A DNA stretch of 63,603 bases, the filler included, from Babesia bigemina (lineage: Eukaryota), in NCBI RefSeq assembly GCF_000981445.1. It is 10 parts of 10 records of this genome, joined end to end, with 100 filler letters (N's around TTAATTAATTAA, not from the genome) between each part and the next. Parts side by side here need not be neighbours in the genome. Positions count along the whole stretch, not along the records: positions 6,441 to 13,288 come from NW_012236956.1; positions 13,389 to 20,363 come from NW_012236957.1; positions 20,464 to 27,500 come from NW_012236958.1; 7 more parts are not named here. One strand, given 5' to 3'. The position numbers and the translations under genes were made by a program. Below the pieces are notes generated by a model. It searched no databases and was not told the origin of the DNA. It saw nothing but the letters and a program-made list of their open reading frames with translations. Within the stretch, counting starts at the first letter, position 1. Each line of letters begins with the position of its first letter. Positions 10,101 through 20,810 of the stretch are shown piece by piece.

Positions 10101-12306
10101 TACGAACAAATTGGTCGAACCTAAGTCCGATTCTGAAAATTCTGGTCAAAACGATAAATTAACGCCTTACGGTGAAAAGTTGTCGAAGGTGTTCCTTAGC
10201 ACAATCCAAGTACTATTCCAAGACCTCTGGGAGTTATATAAAGAATGCGCCGAAAATAAAAGTGAACGCATTCGTTTACATAATAAAAGCAAGGATGGCG
10301 TTAAGTTGCCCAATGCACTTGGCGCTTTCTTAGCTAAGCGAGGGTACAAGGTACCAACGGAGGAAGACAAGCAGGACGGGGAGTTGCAGAACAAGGACAA
10401 AATCATGACAGGTGAAAAAATTAAGGAGTTATTTGAGAAGAAGTTAAAATTGCCGGCGATTGCCCTACTTGCAATTAAAGGACCTAGCATACTCAGTGCC
10501 TTATACGAGTACCTCAAAAAGTATTACGAGGTCTGTCACCTGCAGGTTCGACCTTCAACGAAATATCCAGCGAACAGTTATCAGATGCTACAGTGGCTTG
10601 CCGGTCTGCGGTGGAATCCAGTATTTTTGCCAGTGAGGAAATATTTCAGGGAATTATTCCCTATACCTGACAAATTCAAGAACACGCCGCGCGAGAAAAT
10701 TCGCACCGATGACCTTAACCTTGCTGCGACCTCAAACATCAAGGCTCAGCAATTAGCCAGCAAAATGTTGCCAAATGTTTGCTTGCACGCCCACTCGGTT
10801 CTGACTGCCATCCTCGGACATGGACACGCAGGCGGATGTTACGCAGTTGACTACAACACCAACGCGGAAAACTTATTGTACCCTAGCAGAGACAGTGACT
10901 GCTTCGATTTACTCGCAGATATATTAGAAAGATTGTATCACCAGTTCCGATTCCTATGCAGTCAGTGCGAGAACGGCCCTGAGAGCGGTGGATGGGCTGA
11001 TTGTTTGTACGGTAGGCATGTCGCTGGATCAGACTGGCAGTGTAATGAGAAGCAGTGTCCTAACCAATTATGCGACCAAACGGTGAACCAAACACGTAAC
11101 CAAATTCATGAGCAAACGGGTGACCAACACCCCAAGTGCGGTGTGAAATCGCCACTCCAATCGTACCTAGAGGACGGCCTACAAGGTTTCCTGCCACACC
11201 AGTTCAAAAAGCCAGGTTGCAAGCTGGACTGCAGTATGACTAATCACCGCGGCCTACCGTGCAAGACACCAATGGGTTTCGCTGATATCAGTGTAACCGC
11301 TTCTCACACGAAAACGGGCGCTGATCTCATAGAAGTGTTAAAAAATTTCTGTGGTGAAAGATCCCACCTCCGCTCATTATGCGCTTGCATTATATGTCTT
11401 ATGCAAAAACCTCCGCAGACGCTAGGTGACATGTTCGCGTTCTATTATAATTATATATACGGCTGGACCACGCAGGATAGAGAACATAGAGAGGGCGCAT
11501 TTAACAAAGCCGTCAGCGCAGCGCACTTCGAGAACAAATATGATGAGCTCAAAGTGCATAACCTATTTTCCCCTAGTCACTCCGCAGTGTGGCAGGGGCA
11601 TTCGAGCGGTAGTCTCGGCAGTTTCGTATGCACATCAAGAGAATCGGTCGTATGTGGGCCATATCTGTATCCCATCAATAGCGGAATCAGAAATATATAT
11701 GCAGCTAAATATGCCGATAAATACCTATCATGGATTGTTTACCAGACTGAGACATTCTACAATTTACTCAAAAAGTTATATGACGAGTGCAACTCTAACT
11801 GCGGTCCAAAGGGATCCAACTGCTTAACCACATGCTGTGTTGAGGAATGTCCAAGGCTTATAAAACCGCCAACCCCAAAGGAACATCATAGCGATTGTAA
11901 ATCTATAGTCCAATGCAGAAAAGCACTACCAACTTTGTCAAAATACGGGTTCGTGTTTTTGCAGCAAGCCAAGTTAAACGGGAATGAAGGACTCGAGAAA
12001 AAACGCACGTGTCAAAATTTCTGTGCGGCATTCAAAGATGTATTTAATAAGGAGTCTATACTTGTCGAACTTATTAAAAAAATTGATGAATTCATATTTG
12101 CCATCAGGCAGCCGTTTATATGGCTCAATGTCGCGCTCTGGTCACTGTCCCTCTTCTACCTCATCTGCGTAATGGTTGGCAGACTGGATGTGCTCCACAT
12201 ACGCTCACACCTTAGGATACCGGCATCGCACAAGATTACAGCGCAGTCATTGTTGGCTGCAGCGCAAGTCGGAAGGCTTGCCAAAATATCGTATCTACAA
12301 CCGTAA
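7195..12306 (+). CDS. ves1: ves1-like variant surface antigen, copy 2 (B-type tail)
   Basis: 1703 aa from ATG 7195; Cys-rich C-half (KCGVKSPLQSYLEDGL), TM, LDVLHIRSH...AKISYLQP. Confidence 0.8.
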   Translation: MGFLSGVLGAVKDDNNVKHYVKNIEPKLNDVIFKLHDSVGKGASAFGPCLVEVGRWLHYYDEHVSRRTDYIKTHLDSLENEITQNQNVFNTEKTNSLDKQYADWDRRAKLYVSKVEEAEKATKKLDPELQQMLEKPMRLIKQSIEQFKKICENRDLDILYGAAADELAKLKGSVEKHITERIKTLEQRLLKTFEKNIQGDINDIRKDLIAIDSDLGGWITVAQDIVENAILKCNKVLAMVNENHEKYKLSKSGPEILVKAKLLHDKAIDLRAAAVAARDAVKENVTNALKTVVEMNGKLMADLNDMKSHIYNAVEAYVKKTLLTDVKSKVSQILNGHQSNGIKQIIEHVKEHAAKFKNSATFGDMVQAWVCEILQENKDIVKSRLETYVTQTKLQFTNREYQNQEKDKINDKFRQEIAKVIMSHLEREVYSTGNVTFVGESTGKFAKDLQTVQATCKQFAMQLDKKVNADIYSEFFDSVTRAIEEKLTGKQHGNSDLHTAVYYILKALPKKVRDASTELNLLVRDGVKQANLGNVETSFSVAEAINTALGEAVATSTLSSNAKHPYDVDNKIHGVLNDNIGMSTKGVAVDITHKNSILQGYKGHVSQSPKSTTATSDIPEPIDGALPQAIKGVRDIGLHSLTTGGDITNILDSANHIFEQAFAEIKKQLKGLTKLVGDEGHVLESEKGIRTLLNDLKKLLGTGSYNVWDVFINSLGKLHQRMNRIIGASVAKLIGKAANFHDVTIPQQTTHTTKDVLNAVETHVTSATTSIAIIAQELYADRKRKGLDDLKLLCATEIGGIDVIIKSHFECGMKGLIRHVKYGISQFSNLPPSLSVPHLSSKIADFGDIVLIYVGQQVETSDKSATSPPTTDQPTDPAKQLTKIKDAFDELLGHLHTHENNRKYIYDHPFTVKLTTLKNATNDLSPSAFANPRHPELLDAVRAGLQGFVEEMERVYVNGYDDGNKINWDTNKLVEPKSDSENSGQNDKLTPYGEKLSKVFLSTIQVLFQDLWELYKECAENKSERIRLHNKSKDGVKLPNALGAFLAKRGYKVPTEEDKQDGELQNKDKIMTGEKIKELFEKKLKLPAIALLAIKGPSILSALYEYLKKYYEVCHLQVRPSTKYPANSYQMLQWLAGLRWNPVFLPVRKYFRELFPIPDKFKNTPREKIRTDDLNLAATSNIKAQQLASKMLPNVCLHAHSVLTAILGHGHAGGCYAVDYNTNAENLLYPSRDSDCFDLLADILERLYHQFRFLCSQCENGPESGGWADCLYGRHVAGSDWQCNEKQCPNQLCDQTVNQTRNQIHEQTGDQHPKCGVKSPLQSYLEDGLQGFLPHQFKKPGCKLDCSMTNHRGLPCKTPMGFADISVTASHTKTGADLIEVLKNFCGERSHLRSLCACIICLMQKPPQTLGDMFAFYYNYIYGWTTQDREHREGAFNKAVSAAHFENKYDELKVHNLFSPSHSAVWQGHSSGSLGSFVCTSRESVVCGPYLYPINSGIRNIYAAKYADKYLSWIVYQTETFYNLLKKLYDECNSNCGPKGSNCLTTCCVEECPRLIKPPTPKEHHSDCKSIVQCRKALPTLSKYGFVFLQQAKLNGNEGLEKKRTCQNFCAAFKDVFNKESILVELIKKIDEFIFAIRQPFIWLNVALWSLSLFYLICVMVGRLDVLHIRSHLRIPASHKITAQSLLAAAQVGRLAKISYLQP

Positions 12307-12447
12307 TTGTATTCACGTTTGTAATTCACTCAACTCACCTAGCATCACCTACTCACCTAACCGACAAACGTAGTCTAATGTTTTGACTTACTCTAGCGGC
12401 AACCTGTGAATCAGATAGCACATAAATTAGGTGATGAGTAAACGACA

Positions 12448-12805
12448 ATGCAACGTGCTAAGCTAGCACCCAGGCTAAGTGTTCACCTAGCACCCAGGCA
12501 AAGTGCTAACCTAGCAACCAGGCAAAGTGCTAAGCTGGTAACCAGGCAAAGTGCTAAGTTGGCAGCCAGGCAAAGTGTTGACCTAGCACCTAGGCAAAGT
12601 GGTAAGCTAGCAGCCGGGCAAAGTGGTAAGCTAGCACCCAGGCAAAGTGCTAACCTAGCACCCAGGCTAAGAGGTAAGCTGGCAACCAGGCAACGTGCTA
12701 ACCTAGCACCCAGGCAAAGTGCTAAGCTAGCACACAGGCAACGTGCTAAGCTAGCAACCAGGCAAAGTGTTAACCTAGCACACGGGCAAAGTGGTAAGCT
12801 ATCAC
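12448..12805. repeat. 24-bp minisatellite R24 (AGGCAAAGTGCTAAGCTAGCACCC variants)
   Basis: 24-nt period, seen as the 8-aa RQSAKLAP repeat in the ORF track. Confidence 0.95.
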
Positions 12806-12818
12806 CTGACCAAGTTGA

Positions 12819-13145
12819 TGGTCACGGCAGCGATGACATGGACACGGCAGCGATGAGATGGTTACGGCAGCGATGACATGGTCACGGCAGCGATGAGATG
12901 GTTACGGCAGCGATGACATGGTTACGGCAGCGATGAGATGGACACGGCAGCGATGACATGGTTACGGCAGCGATGACATGGTCACGGCAGCGATGAGATG
13001 GACACGGCAGCGATGACATGGTTACGGCAGCGATGACATGGTTACGGCAGCGATTACATGGTTAGGCAGCGATGACATGGACACGGCAGCGATGACATGG
13101 ACACGGCAGCGATGTCATGGTTACGGCAGCGATGACATGGACACA
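12819..13145. repeat. R20 minisatellite (GGTCACGGCAGCGATGACAT)
   Basis: About 16 tandem 20-nt units. Confidence 0.96.
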
Positions 13146-13156
13146 AGTGGTGATTA

Positions 13157-13288
13157 TTATCCACTCTTCATCGCTCCCTAATCCACTCTACATCGCCCCT
13201 TTATCCACTCTACATCGCCCCTAATCCACTCTACATCACCTCTTTATCCACTCTACATCGCTCCCTAACCCACTCTACATCGCTCCCT
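13157..13288. repeat. R22 minisatellite
   Basis: Follows the junction AAGTGGTGATTATTAT. Confidence 0.93.
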
Positions 13289-13388
13289 NNNNNNNNNNNN
13301 NNNNNNNNNNNNNNNNNNNNNNNNNNNNNNNNTTAATTAATTAANNNNNNNNNNNNNNNNNNNNNNNNNNNNNNNNNNNNNNNNNNNN

Positions 13389-14302
13389 TGTAGAGTGGGT
13401 AAAGGGGCGATGTAGAGTGGATAAAGGAGCGATGTAGAGTGGATAAAGGAGCGATGTAGAGTTGATAAAGGAGCGATGTAGAGTGGGTTAAGGAGCGATG
13501 TAAAGTGGATAAAGGAGCGATGTGGAGTGGATAAAGGAGCGATGTAGAGTGGATAAAGGGGCGATGTAGAGTGGGTTATGGAGCGATGAAGAGTGGGTTA
13601 AGGAGCGATGTAGAGTGGATAAGGGAGCGATGTATAGTGGGTTAGGGAGTGATGTAGAGTGGATAAAGGGGCGATGTAGAGTGGGTAAAGGGGCGATGTA
13701 GAGTGGATAGAGGAGGGATGTGGAGTAGGTTAGGGAGCGATGTAGAGTGGATAAAGAGGCGATGTAGAGTGGATAAAGGGGCGATGTGGAGTGGGTAAGG
13801 GAGCGATGTAGAGTGGGTTAGGGAGCGATGTGGAGTGGGTTAGGGAGCGATGTAGAGTGGGTAAGGGGCGATGTGGAGTGGATAAAGGGGCGATGTAGAG
13901 TGGATTAGGGAGCGATGTAGAGTGGATAGAGGAGCGATGTAGAGTGGGTAAGGGGCGATGTAGAGTGGATAAAGGAGGGATGTAGAGTGGGTTAGGGAGC
14001 GATGTGGAGTGGATAAAGGAGCGATGTAGAGTGGATAAAGGAGCGATGTAGGGTGGGTTAAGGAGCGATGTGGAGTGGATTAGGGAGCGATGTAGAGTGG
14101 ATAAAGGGGCGATGTAGAGTGGATAAAGGAGCGATGTAGAGTGGGTAAAGGGGCGATGTAGAGTGGGTTAGGGAGCGATGTAGAGTGGGTTAGGGAGCGA
14201 TGTAGAGTGGGTTAGGGAGCGATGTAGAGTGGGTTAAGGAGCGATGTAGAGTGGGTTAGGGAGCGATGTAGAGTGGGTTAAAGGGCGATGTAGAGTGGAT
14301 AA
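13389..14302. repeat. R22 minisatellite (G-rich on +), about 41 units
   Basis: 22-nt periodicity. Confidence 0.97.
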
Positions 14303-14320
14303 TAATCACCACTTAGCTCA

Positions 14321-14545
14321 CCATGTCATCGCTGCCGTAACCATGTCATCGCTGCCGTGTCCATGTCATCGCTGCCGTGTCCATGTCATCGCTGCCGTAA
14401 CCATGTCATCGCTGCCGTAACTATGTCATCGCTGCTGTAACCATGTCATCGCTGCCGTGACCATGTCATCGCTGCCGTAACCATGTCACCGCTGCCGTGA
14501 CCATGTCATCGCTACCGTAACCATGTCATCGCTGCCGTGGCCATC
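14321..14545. repeat. R20 minisatellite
   Basis: CCATGTCATCGCTGCCGTAA tandem units. Confidence 0.96.
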
Positions 14546-14548
14546 AAC

Positions 14549-14727
14549 TTGGTCAGCACTTTGGTCAGCACGTTGGTCACCACATTGGTCAGCACTTTGG
14601 TCAGGTGCTTGGTCAGCACTTTGGTCATCACTTTGGTCAGCACATTGGTCAACACGTTGGTCAGCACTTTGGTCATGGCATTGGTCAGGTGCTTGGTCAC
14701 CTCACTGCTCATGTGATTGGTCATCAG
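14549..14727. repeat. R12 minisatellite
   Basis: TGGTCA every 12 nt, degenerate at the right end. Confidence 0.9.
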
Positions 14728-14786
14728 TGCAATCATTACTGTCTACAACATTAGGTGTCAGTTGTCAGTTAGGTGATCATGGTTAT

Positions 14787-15257
14787 TCAGCTGCGCAGTA
14801 GATACCGCACCCTGTGGAACGGCCGGATGCGGAAGTAGATCATGACGCAGATGACGACAATGACGAGGGTGACGGGGGTGATGATGTAAGGGAGGGGATT
14901 AAAATTGGATGACGTAGAGTCATCGGTAGAAGATGCTCGAAGAGAGACGCTGTCAGAGAGCTGTTGAGTGGAGATTTGAGACAGAGCGCCGGGGGCAGAA
15001 GCAACAAACCGTTCACCGGTGGAAGTACGAACATAGACAGCAGGGCGTTTTGCCACACAACAGTAACATTGACAGCTGGTGTCACATTTTTGACATCTCG
15101 AATGATCGCACAGCCATGCTCCACTCATGCGCGAAATTCGGAAACTGGCACATAGACGACAATATTTGTTACATCCCCTACAACACCATGAACAGCATTT
15201 ACAGTCACGCTTTGTACAGCTCTTGCCACACGTACACGGAGGAGTCCAATCACTCAT
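14787..15257 (-). CDS. Small Cys-rich single-pass membrane protein (156 aa from ATG 15257; possibly extended by upstream micro-exons)
   Basis: 18 Cys in residues 8-67, Ser-rich linker, hydrophobic YIITPVTLVIVVICVMIYF, basic tail RIRPFHRVRYLLRS; unique, non-repetitive DNA. Confidence 0.65.
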   Translation of the reverse strand: MSDWTPPCTCGKSCTKRDCKCCSWCCRGCNKYCRLCASFRISRMSGAWLCDHSRCQKCDTSCQCYCCVAKRPAVYVRTSTGERFVASAPGALSQISTQQLSDSVSLRASSTDDSTSSNFNPLPYIITPVTLVIVVICVMIYFRIRPFHRVRYLLRS

Positions 15258-15504
15258 CTTCCCACTCCCAGTCCCCTCAACCTGCAAACTTATCAATCAC
15301 CTAGCAACGCACTCACCAACTGCAACACTTACACTGCCGCTCCCAGTCCCCTCAACCTGCGAACATATCAATTACCTAAGCAGCACTCACCAACTGCAAC
15401 ACGTACCACTGCCGCTCCCACTCCCCTCAACCTGCGAACATATCAATTACCTAAGCAGCACTCACCAACTGCAACACTACCACTGCCACTCCCAGTCCCC
15501 TCAT
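15258..15504 (-). repeat. ~75-bp tandem repeat R76 with exon/intron-like unit
   Basis: Minus-strand GTGAGT...CAG segments at 15465-15432, 15390-15357, 15316-15282, separated by 41- and 40-nt blocks starting GTTGAGGGG. Confidence 0.85.
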
Positions 15505-16002
15505 GAACACGTACCCTCACCCCTGTGTCCCCCCAGCCCGGGCCACCGACACCCACGCTGCCCAGGATACCACAGCTGCGGCTGACGCGACGCATGTGAC
15601 TAGCATCAACTGTCACTCTAAATTATTCACTATTCGCAACGCCATCAACATTGCGGCGACCCGTGCGCTCATCTCCCACAGTGCAGCAGCACCGTGCTAC
15701 GAGCCGCGGTATCGGCGCCATGCTGGCGGAGCGCGTCGGCTACGTGCCTAAATGTGATATTAACAATCGCTACATTGCCGCCTATAAACGCTACTTAACC
15801 AGGCCAACGCGGATTACGCCACTCTGCCAGTGACTCGCAACACACGACTTAGGTCACCCGCCGCGGCCCTCACGACCGCCTACGTTAGCGACCAATCACC
15901 CAGCCTCACGTGACACTGACTCAATGGGCAACGCGGACACCTCTCACAGTCAACGCCCAACTCAACGCACCAGGCAATCAACGTGCTACAACACCTACCA
16001 AA
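15505..16002 (-). promoter_or_regulatory. Conserved ~500-bp GC-rich non-coding element (candidate promoter or ncRNA)
   Basis: Colinear, highly similar copy at 57703-58198 (+) in the same context; function inferred only. Confidence 0.4.
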
Positions 16003-16390
16003 TCACGGTTCATCTGCCAGCTTTGCACGTTGCCTGGTTGCTAGGTTAGCACTTAGCATGGATGCTAGCTTAACACGTTGCCTGTGTGCTCGCTTAGCAC
16101 TTTGCCTGTGTGCCAGCTTACCACGTTGCCTGGGTGCTAGCTTAGCACTTTGCTTGTGTGCCAGGTTAGCACTTTGCCTGGTTGCTAGGTCAACACGTTG
16201 CCTGGGTGCCAGCTTAGCACTTTGCCTGCGTGCTTGCTTAGCACTTTGCCTGGTTGCTACCTTACCACTTTGCCTGGGTGCTAGCTTACCACGTTGCCTG
16301 GGTGCTAGCTTAGCACTTTGCCTGGTTGCCAGCTTTGCACTCTGCCTGGTTGCTAGCTTACCACTTTGCCTGGGTGCTAGATCAACACAT
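16003..16390. repeat. R24 minisatellite (minus orientation)
   Basis: GCACTTTGCCTGGGTGCTAGCTTA tandem units. Confidence 0.95.
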
Positions 16391-16542
16391 AGATTCATTG
16401 TTCAATCATCACATAATCTCAACGCTATCCAGTTCACAAAAAAATGCCGCTAGAGTAATTCGAGACATTAGACTACGTTTGTCGGTTAGGTGAGTAGGTG
16501 AGTTGTTAGGTGAGTTTATGTGAATTGCAGACGTGAATACAA

Positions 16543-19500
16543 TTACGGCTGTAGATACGATATCTTGGCAAGCCTTCCGACTTGCGCTGCCGCCAACAAT
16601 GATTGCGCCGTTATCTTGTGCGACGACGGTATCCTCAGGTGTGAGCGGATATGGAGCAGATCCAGTCTGCCAACCATTACGCAAAGGAGGTAGAAGAGGG
16701 ATAGTGACCAGAGTGCGATGTTAAGCCAGATGAAGGGTGCGCGGATCGTGAAGATGAATTCGTCGCACTTTTGGAGGAGCGTTTTGAAGTAGTTGGAATT
16801 TAATAACGCTTTCAGTTGCGTGACGAAATTCGCGCAATTCTTTACGCTGTCCGTACGCATCAGAGCTTGCGCATCTCCTAATGTGAACCCGTATCTGTAG
16901 AATGTAGGCGCAACGCCACGACAGCCTACAATTGTGTTGCACTTACAGTTCGCTTCCTTACCATGGGAGCCCGGCTTACATGGGCATCCTCTGCAACAGA
17001 AGCTTCCGCAATCAATCTGTTGGAAGGCATCGAGCAATGCTTTCAGGTAACTGTAGAATGTCCACGGTAGATATATAGCCCATGACAAGTAAGTGTCGCT
17101 GTGCTTGTGAGCGAGGTAATTGTACGCATCGTGACACGTCGATTGGAGATACGGGCCGCACTGAACATCCAGACCTGAACACGTCGCGTTTCTCGATAAG
17201 CTGGCCAGATCGGTGTATGCAGCTACATGACCCTGAGCGCTATGAGAGCTACTGCTGCTGCCATATGCATCACGAAGTGTATTTGTGAACTTGCTGCGGC
17301 TCTCAATAAGCCTGATCGACAGTTTGTCAATGGATGTTTCGATGCATGATTGCAAGTCATTTTCCTTGGTCGACCCACCGTACTGCCAGTCCTTGACAAG
17401 TGACGAAGCAAAACTGAAATGCTCAGCCAAAGTAGACGGCGGCTTCGGTACGAGGCAGAGAACCGATGAAATTAAGCCGGTACCGAAGAAAGTATTTATC
17501 ATGTCATATATATCCTTCCCCGTTTTCGCCGATCCGGAAAATCCCCTGAAGCCCATGGGTGTCAGGCAGGGCATTCCGGGCTTGTTCCGTGGACAATTGC
17601 TGCATACCGATCTACAGCCGATGGATGTCACGCGGTGGGGAAGGTGGCCGACCAAGCTATCGTTCAGGTAGGACTGAAGGGGCGAAGTTGGTCGGCACGT
17701 TGGTTTACCATTTGCTTGACAGTTTGCCTGGCACTTTGCTTCGTCGCTTGGGTGGTCGGTACATGGCCAATTACTTGGCGGTACACCCTTGCCGTACTGG
17801 CAGTTGGCCCAGCCGCTGTACTTATCATTCAAGACACACTGCGTCTGCAGGTACCTGAGAGCCGGCAAGAGCCTCCATAGCACGTCGAGCAGCATCTGGA
17901 AGCAATCTTCGCCGGATGACGGATATCTCAGCCTCAGAGAGTTATTGCATAAATCGCTGCCATACGTAGTGTCGGCGTCACCGTGCCCAGCTACGGTGGT
18001 GAGTATGCCGTACGATTTCGAGCAGACGTGGTCGATGGCCTTGATGACCTTGTTGAACGTGATGTCATATGGCTGCGCTTTTATGGGCGAATCACCTACT
18101 AAAGTGCCGGAGATCTCCCCGTCCGTTACTTGCTTGTCCGGATTCTCGAATAGCTCAGTGATTGTTGCGTGTCGCATGACCGAATTGGCAGCGGTATAAG
18201 GTAGACCGGTGAGCCATACGAGCATCTCGTATACGCTGCAAGGTGACTTGGATGAGGAGGAAGCGATGTGGCAGACCTCGTTGTACTCCTCGAAGTGATG
18301 GTAAATGCACTTGAGTATGTCGAAGATGTTAATGATATTTGTCAGTTTGTCTCTATTCTGTAGGCACGTTTTAAGGTGCTCGATTTTATCGGCATTCTTA
18401 ATTCTGAATGTAAGGCTGTTAGCGATGTACTCCCCTGTAATTAGGGACGTATCGTGTAATTCGCCATTTTGCTTGCCGTCGTCCGATACTGTGAAGCCAA
18501 GCTCGGCAAAGTGTCTACCGACGTCCGTGGATTTGTTGATTTGCTGCTTGGTCAGAGACTTGCAATTGTGCTTCAATATGGTCAACGAACTCAGAAGCGT
18601 GCATAGCAAAGTGAGGAATACCTTCGCGCACTTCCGGCCGTGATCTGTCAGATGGGTTAGCTTCTTTGTCTGTCCGGCATCATCTGTCTTAGTCTCTTCC
18701 GTGCACAGTAAACCTTCAAACGTTACACTATCATATGCTGAGATGTAAACTTCTCTAAGTTCGTCAACGTATTTGCCGACACCGCTGACCATGACGTCCA
18801 AGACGGGTGTTGTTACGGTCGCGAAGTCTTGTGGTTTTAGGTCAACAAGTGCGCCAGAGATGCCATCGAGCAGCGCTGGAACATGGCAGTCAAACCTGCT
18901 ATTGCGGCTAAGGTGAATGAGTAACTCGTTGAGTGCATCGTATATGGTCGACAACTTGCGGGGATAATCATGTGCAGGCGTGCCGGATGGATTCTTCTCT
19001 TTCTCGTAATCGTAGACCTTAAGCACCTGTTTGTTGACATATAGGTGGAGGTTATTGTAGAACTCTTTGAATTTCTGCGAAAGATTTGCGAATGCTGTTT
19101 TCTTATTGTCCGGTGAATCGACGGAATCAGATGCACGACTGCTAAGCTTGTTAATATTTTCTCCAGTAGTTTCACCTTCTGTAACTTCACCCTCGACAGC
19201 TTTCATGAACCCTTTGAAGCCAACCTTCAAATCCTCGTCGATGAGTTTAGGCAATGGTGACAGTTCGTCTTGCGCTTTGTCAGCGAAGGCCTGGAGCAGC
19301 GATTTTATGGAGTCGACGTACTGCTGACGGGCGTGGGAGGTGAGGGCTTTTTCGGCGTCTTTAATATCATTTTCGACCTGTTCCTTGAGTATCTTACTAA
19401 AGTGTTGTTCGGCTTGCTCGGCGAACTTTAGAAACTCTTCGGCGTCATGGATAGGGCCGACTTTGATTTCGTTGTGGAGGTCGTCGAGCTGACTGTAGAT

Positions 19501-20363
19501 TTTCAGTATGCTGTTTTTAGCTTCTGTTGATTTTACGAAATACTCATTTTTCAGCTGAGTGAGAGACTTCTTAGCGTAATACGCGTTGTTGCCGACGGTG
19601 CTGCAGAGTTGCATGAGTAGGTTGGTAACCTGCGGAACCTGGATGTGGAGTTTTTGCAGTTCACTCTGGATATGCGCGAGGCCTTGGACGTCGGTGTGCT
19701 TCTCTTTTATATCGGAGGTGAGGTTAACAGTAGAAACTTGACCAAGCATACTTGTAATATCATTCAGGTAGTTGTTCACGCCGTTCTTCTGGCCATCACC
19801 CGGTGCTGGACCCGGATCCTTTTTTTCGCTGTCAATCAGCCCGGCGATTTCTTTGAGTTTGGAGGTGATTTGGGAGAAGGGGGCGGTGAAAGTATTTTGC
19901 TCATCTATTTCTGATCCAAGATTATTTTCTTTAAGCTTGTCCGTCACTTGCGTTTCAATATTACCGATCGCCTTGGGGAGGGAGCCTTCAGCGGAGGTGC
20001 CTTCTAGAGCACCACCCATTTTAGTTTGATCGACGTAACCGTTATACTGTTTAAACGTTGTTTTTGTTTCGAGCGTAACTTTGCTATCACTATCTGCGGG
20101 AAAATGTTTTTTTAGCTCTTCAGTCACCCCCGTGATCGAGGTGTCGACGGCGGTGGCGGCGCTTTCTTCGCCTGATCCCCTGGCGAGCGCTTGTCCCAAT
20201 TTTTCTTCAAGCTGTTCAGCTGCATTGGACGCTGCAGCCAATTCATCAATTTTGGAATCAGTAATAAAGGTTTTTATCTCCGTCGCCGCTTTTTCGGTAG
20301 CCTGTTTGAGGGTGTCGACGATGATATGAATCGCACTTTCCAAATGATATTTGGCTGTCTCAT
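16543..20363 (-). CDS. ves1: ves1-like antigen, copy 3, 5'-partial (B-type tail)
   Basis: Frame open to the gap at 20363; conserved Cys-rich half and AKISYLQP tail. Confidence 0.8.
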
Positions 20364-20463
20364 NNNNNNNNNNNNNNNNNNNNNNNNNNNNNNNNNNNNN
20401 NNNNNNNTTAATTAATTAANNNNNNNNNNNNNNNNNNNNNNNNNNNNNNNNNNNNNNNNNNNN

Positions 20464-20759
20464 CTACATCGCCCCTTTATCCACCTTACATCGCTCCCTA
20501 ACCCACTCTACATCGCCCCTTAACCCACTCTACATCGCCCTTTTATCCACTCTACATCGCCCTTTTATCCACTCTACATCGCTCCCTAACCCACTCTACA
20601 TCGCTCCCTAACCCACTCCTCATCGCTCCTTTATCCACTCTACATCGCTCCCTAACCCACTCTACATCGCTCCTTTATCCACTCCACATCGCCCCTTTAT
20701 CCACTCTACATCGCCCCTTTACCCACTCCACATCGCCCCTTTACCCACTCTACATCGCT
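20464..20759. repeat. R22 minisatellite upstream of ves copy 4
   Basis: 22-nt units. Confidence 0.96.
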
Positions 20760-20810
20760 CGAATTACCTCGCCTTAATACCGCTATGACCTCTTTAGACC
20801 ACAATAATAA

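Noticed and set aside
12448..12876. RQSAKLAP-repeat ORFs (also 16003-16398, 57358-57702)
   Set aside because: Translations of R24. Two start at an equivalent ATG, but ends differ and nothing else supports coding, so not called.
12819..13288. CRISPR-like appearance of R20, R22 or R76
   Set aside because: Units are contiguous with no unique spacers, there are no cas genes, and the context is eukaryotic.
13389..14302. True telomere
   Set aside because: TTAGGG-like motifs are embedded in a 22-bp unit; there is no pure telomeric tract.
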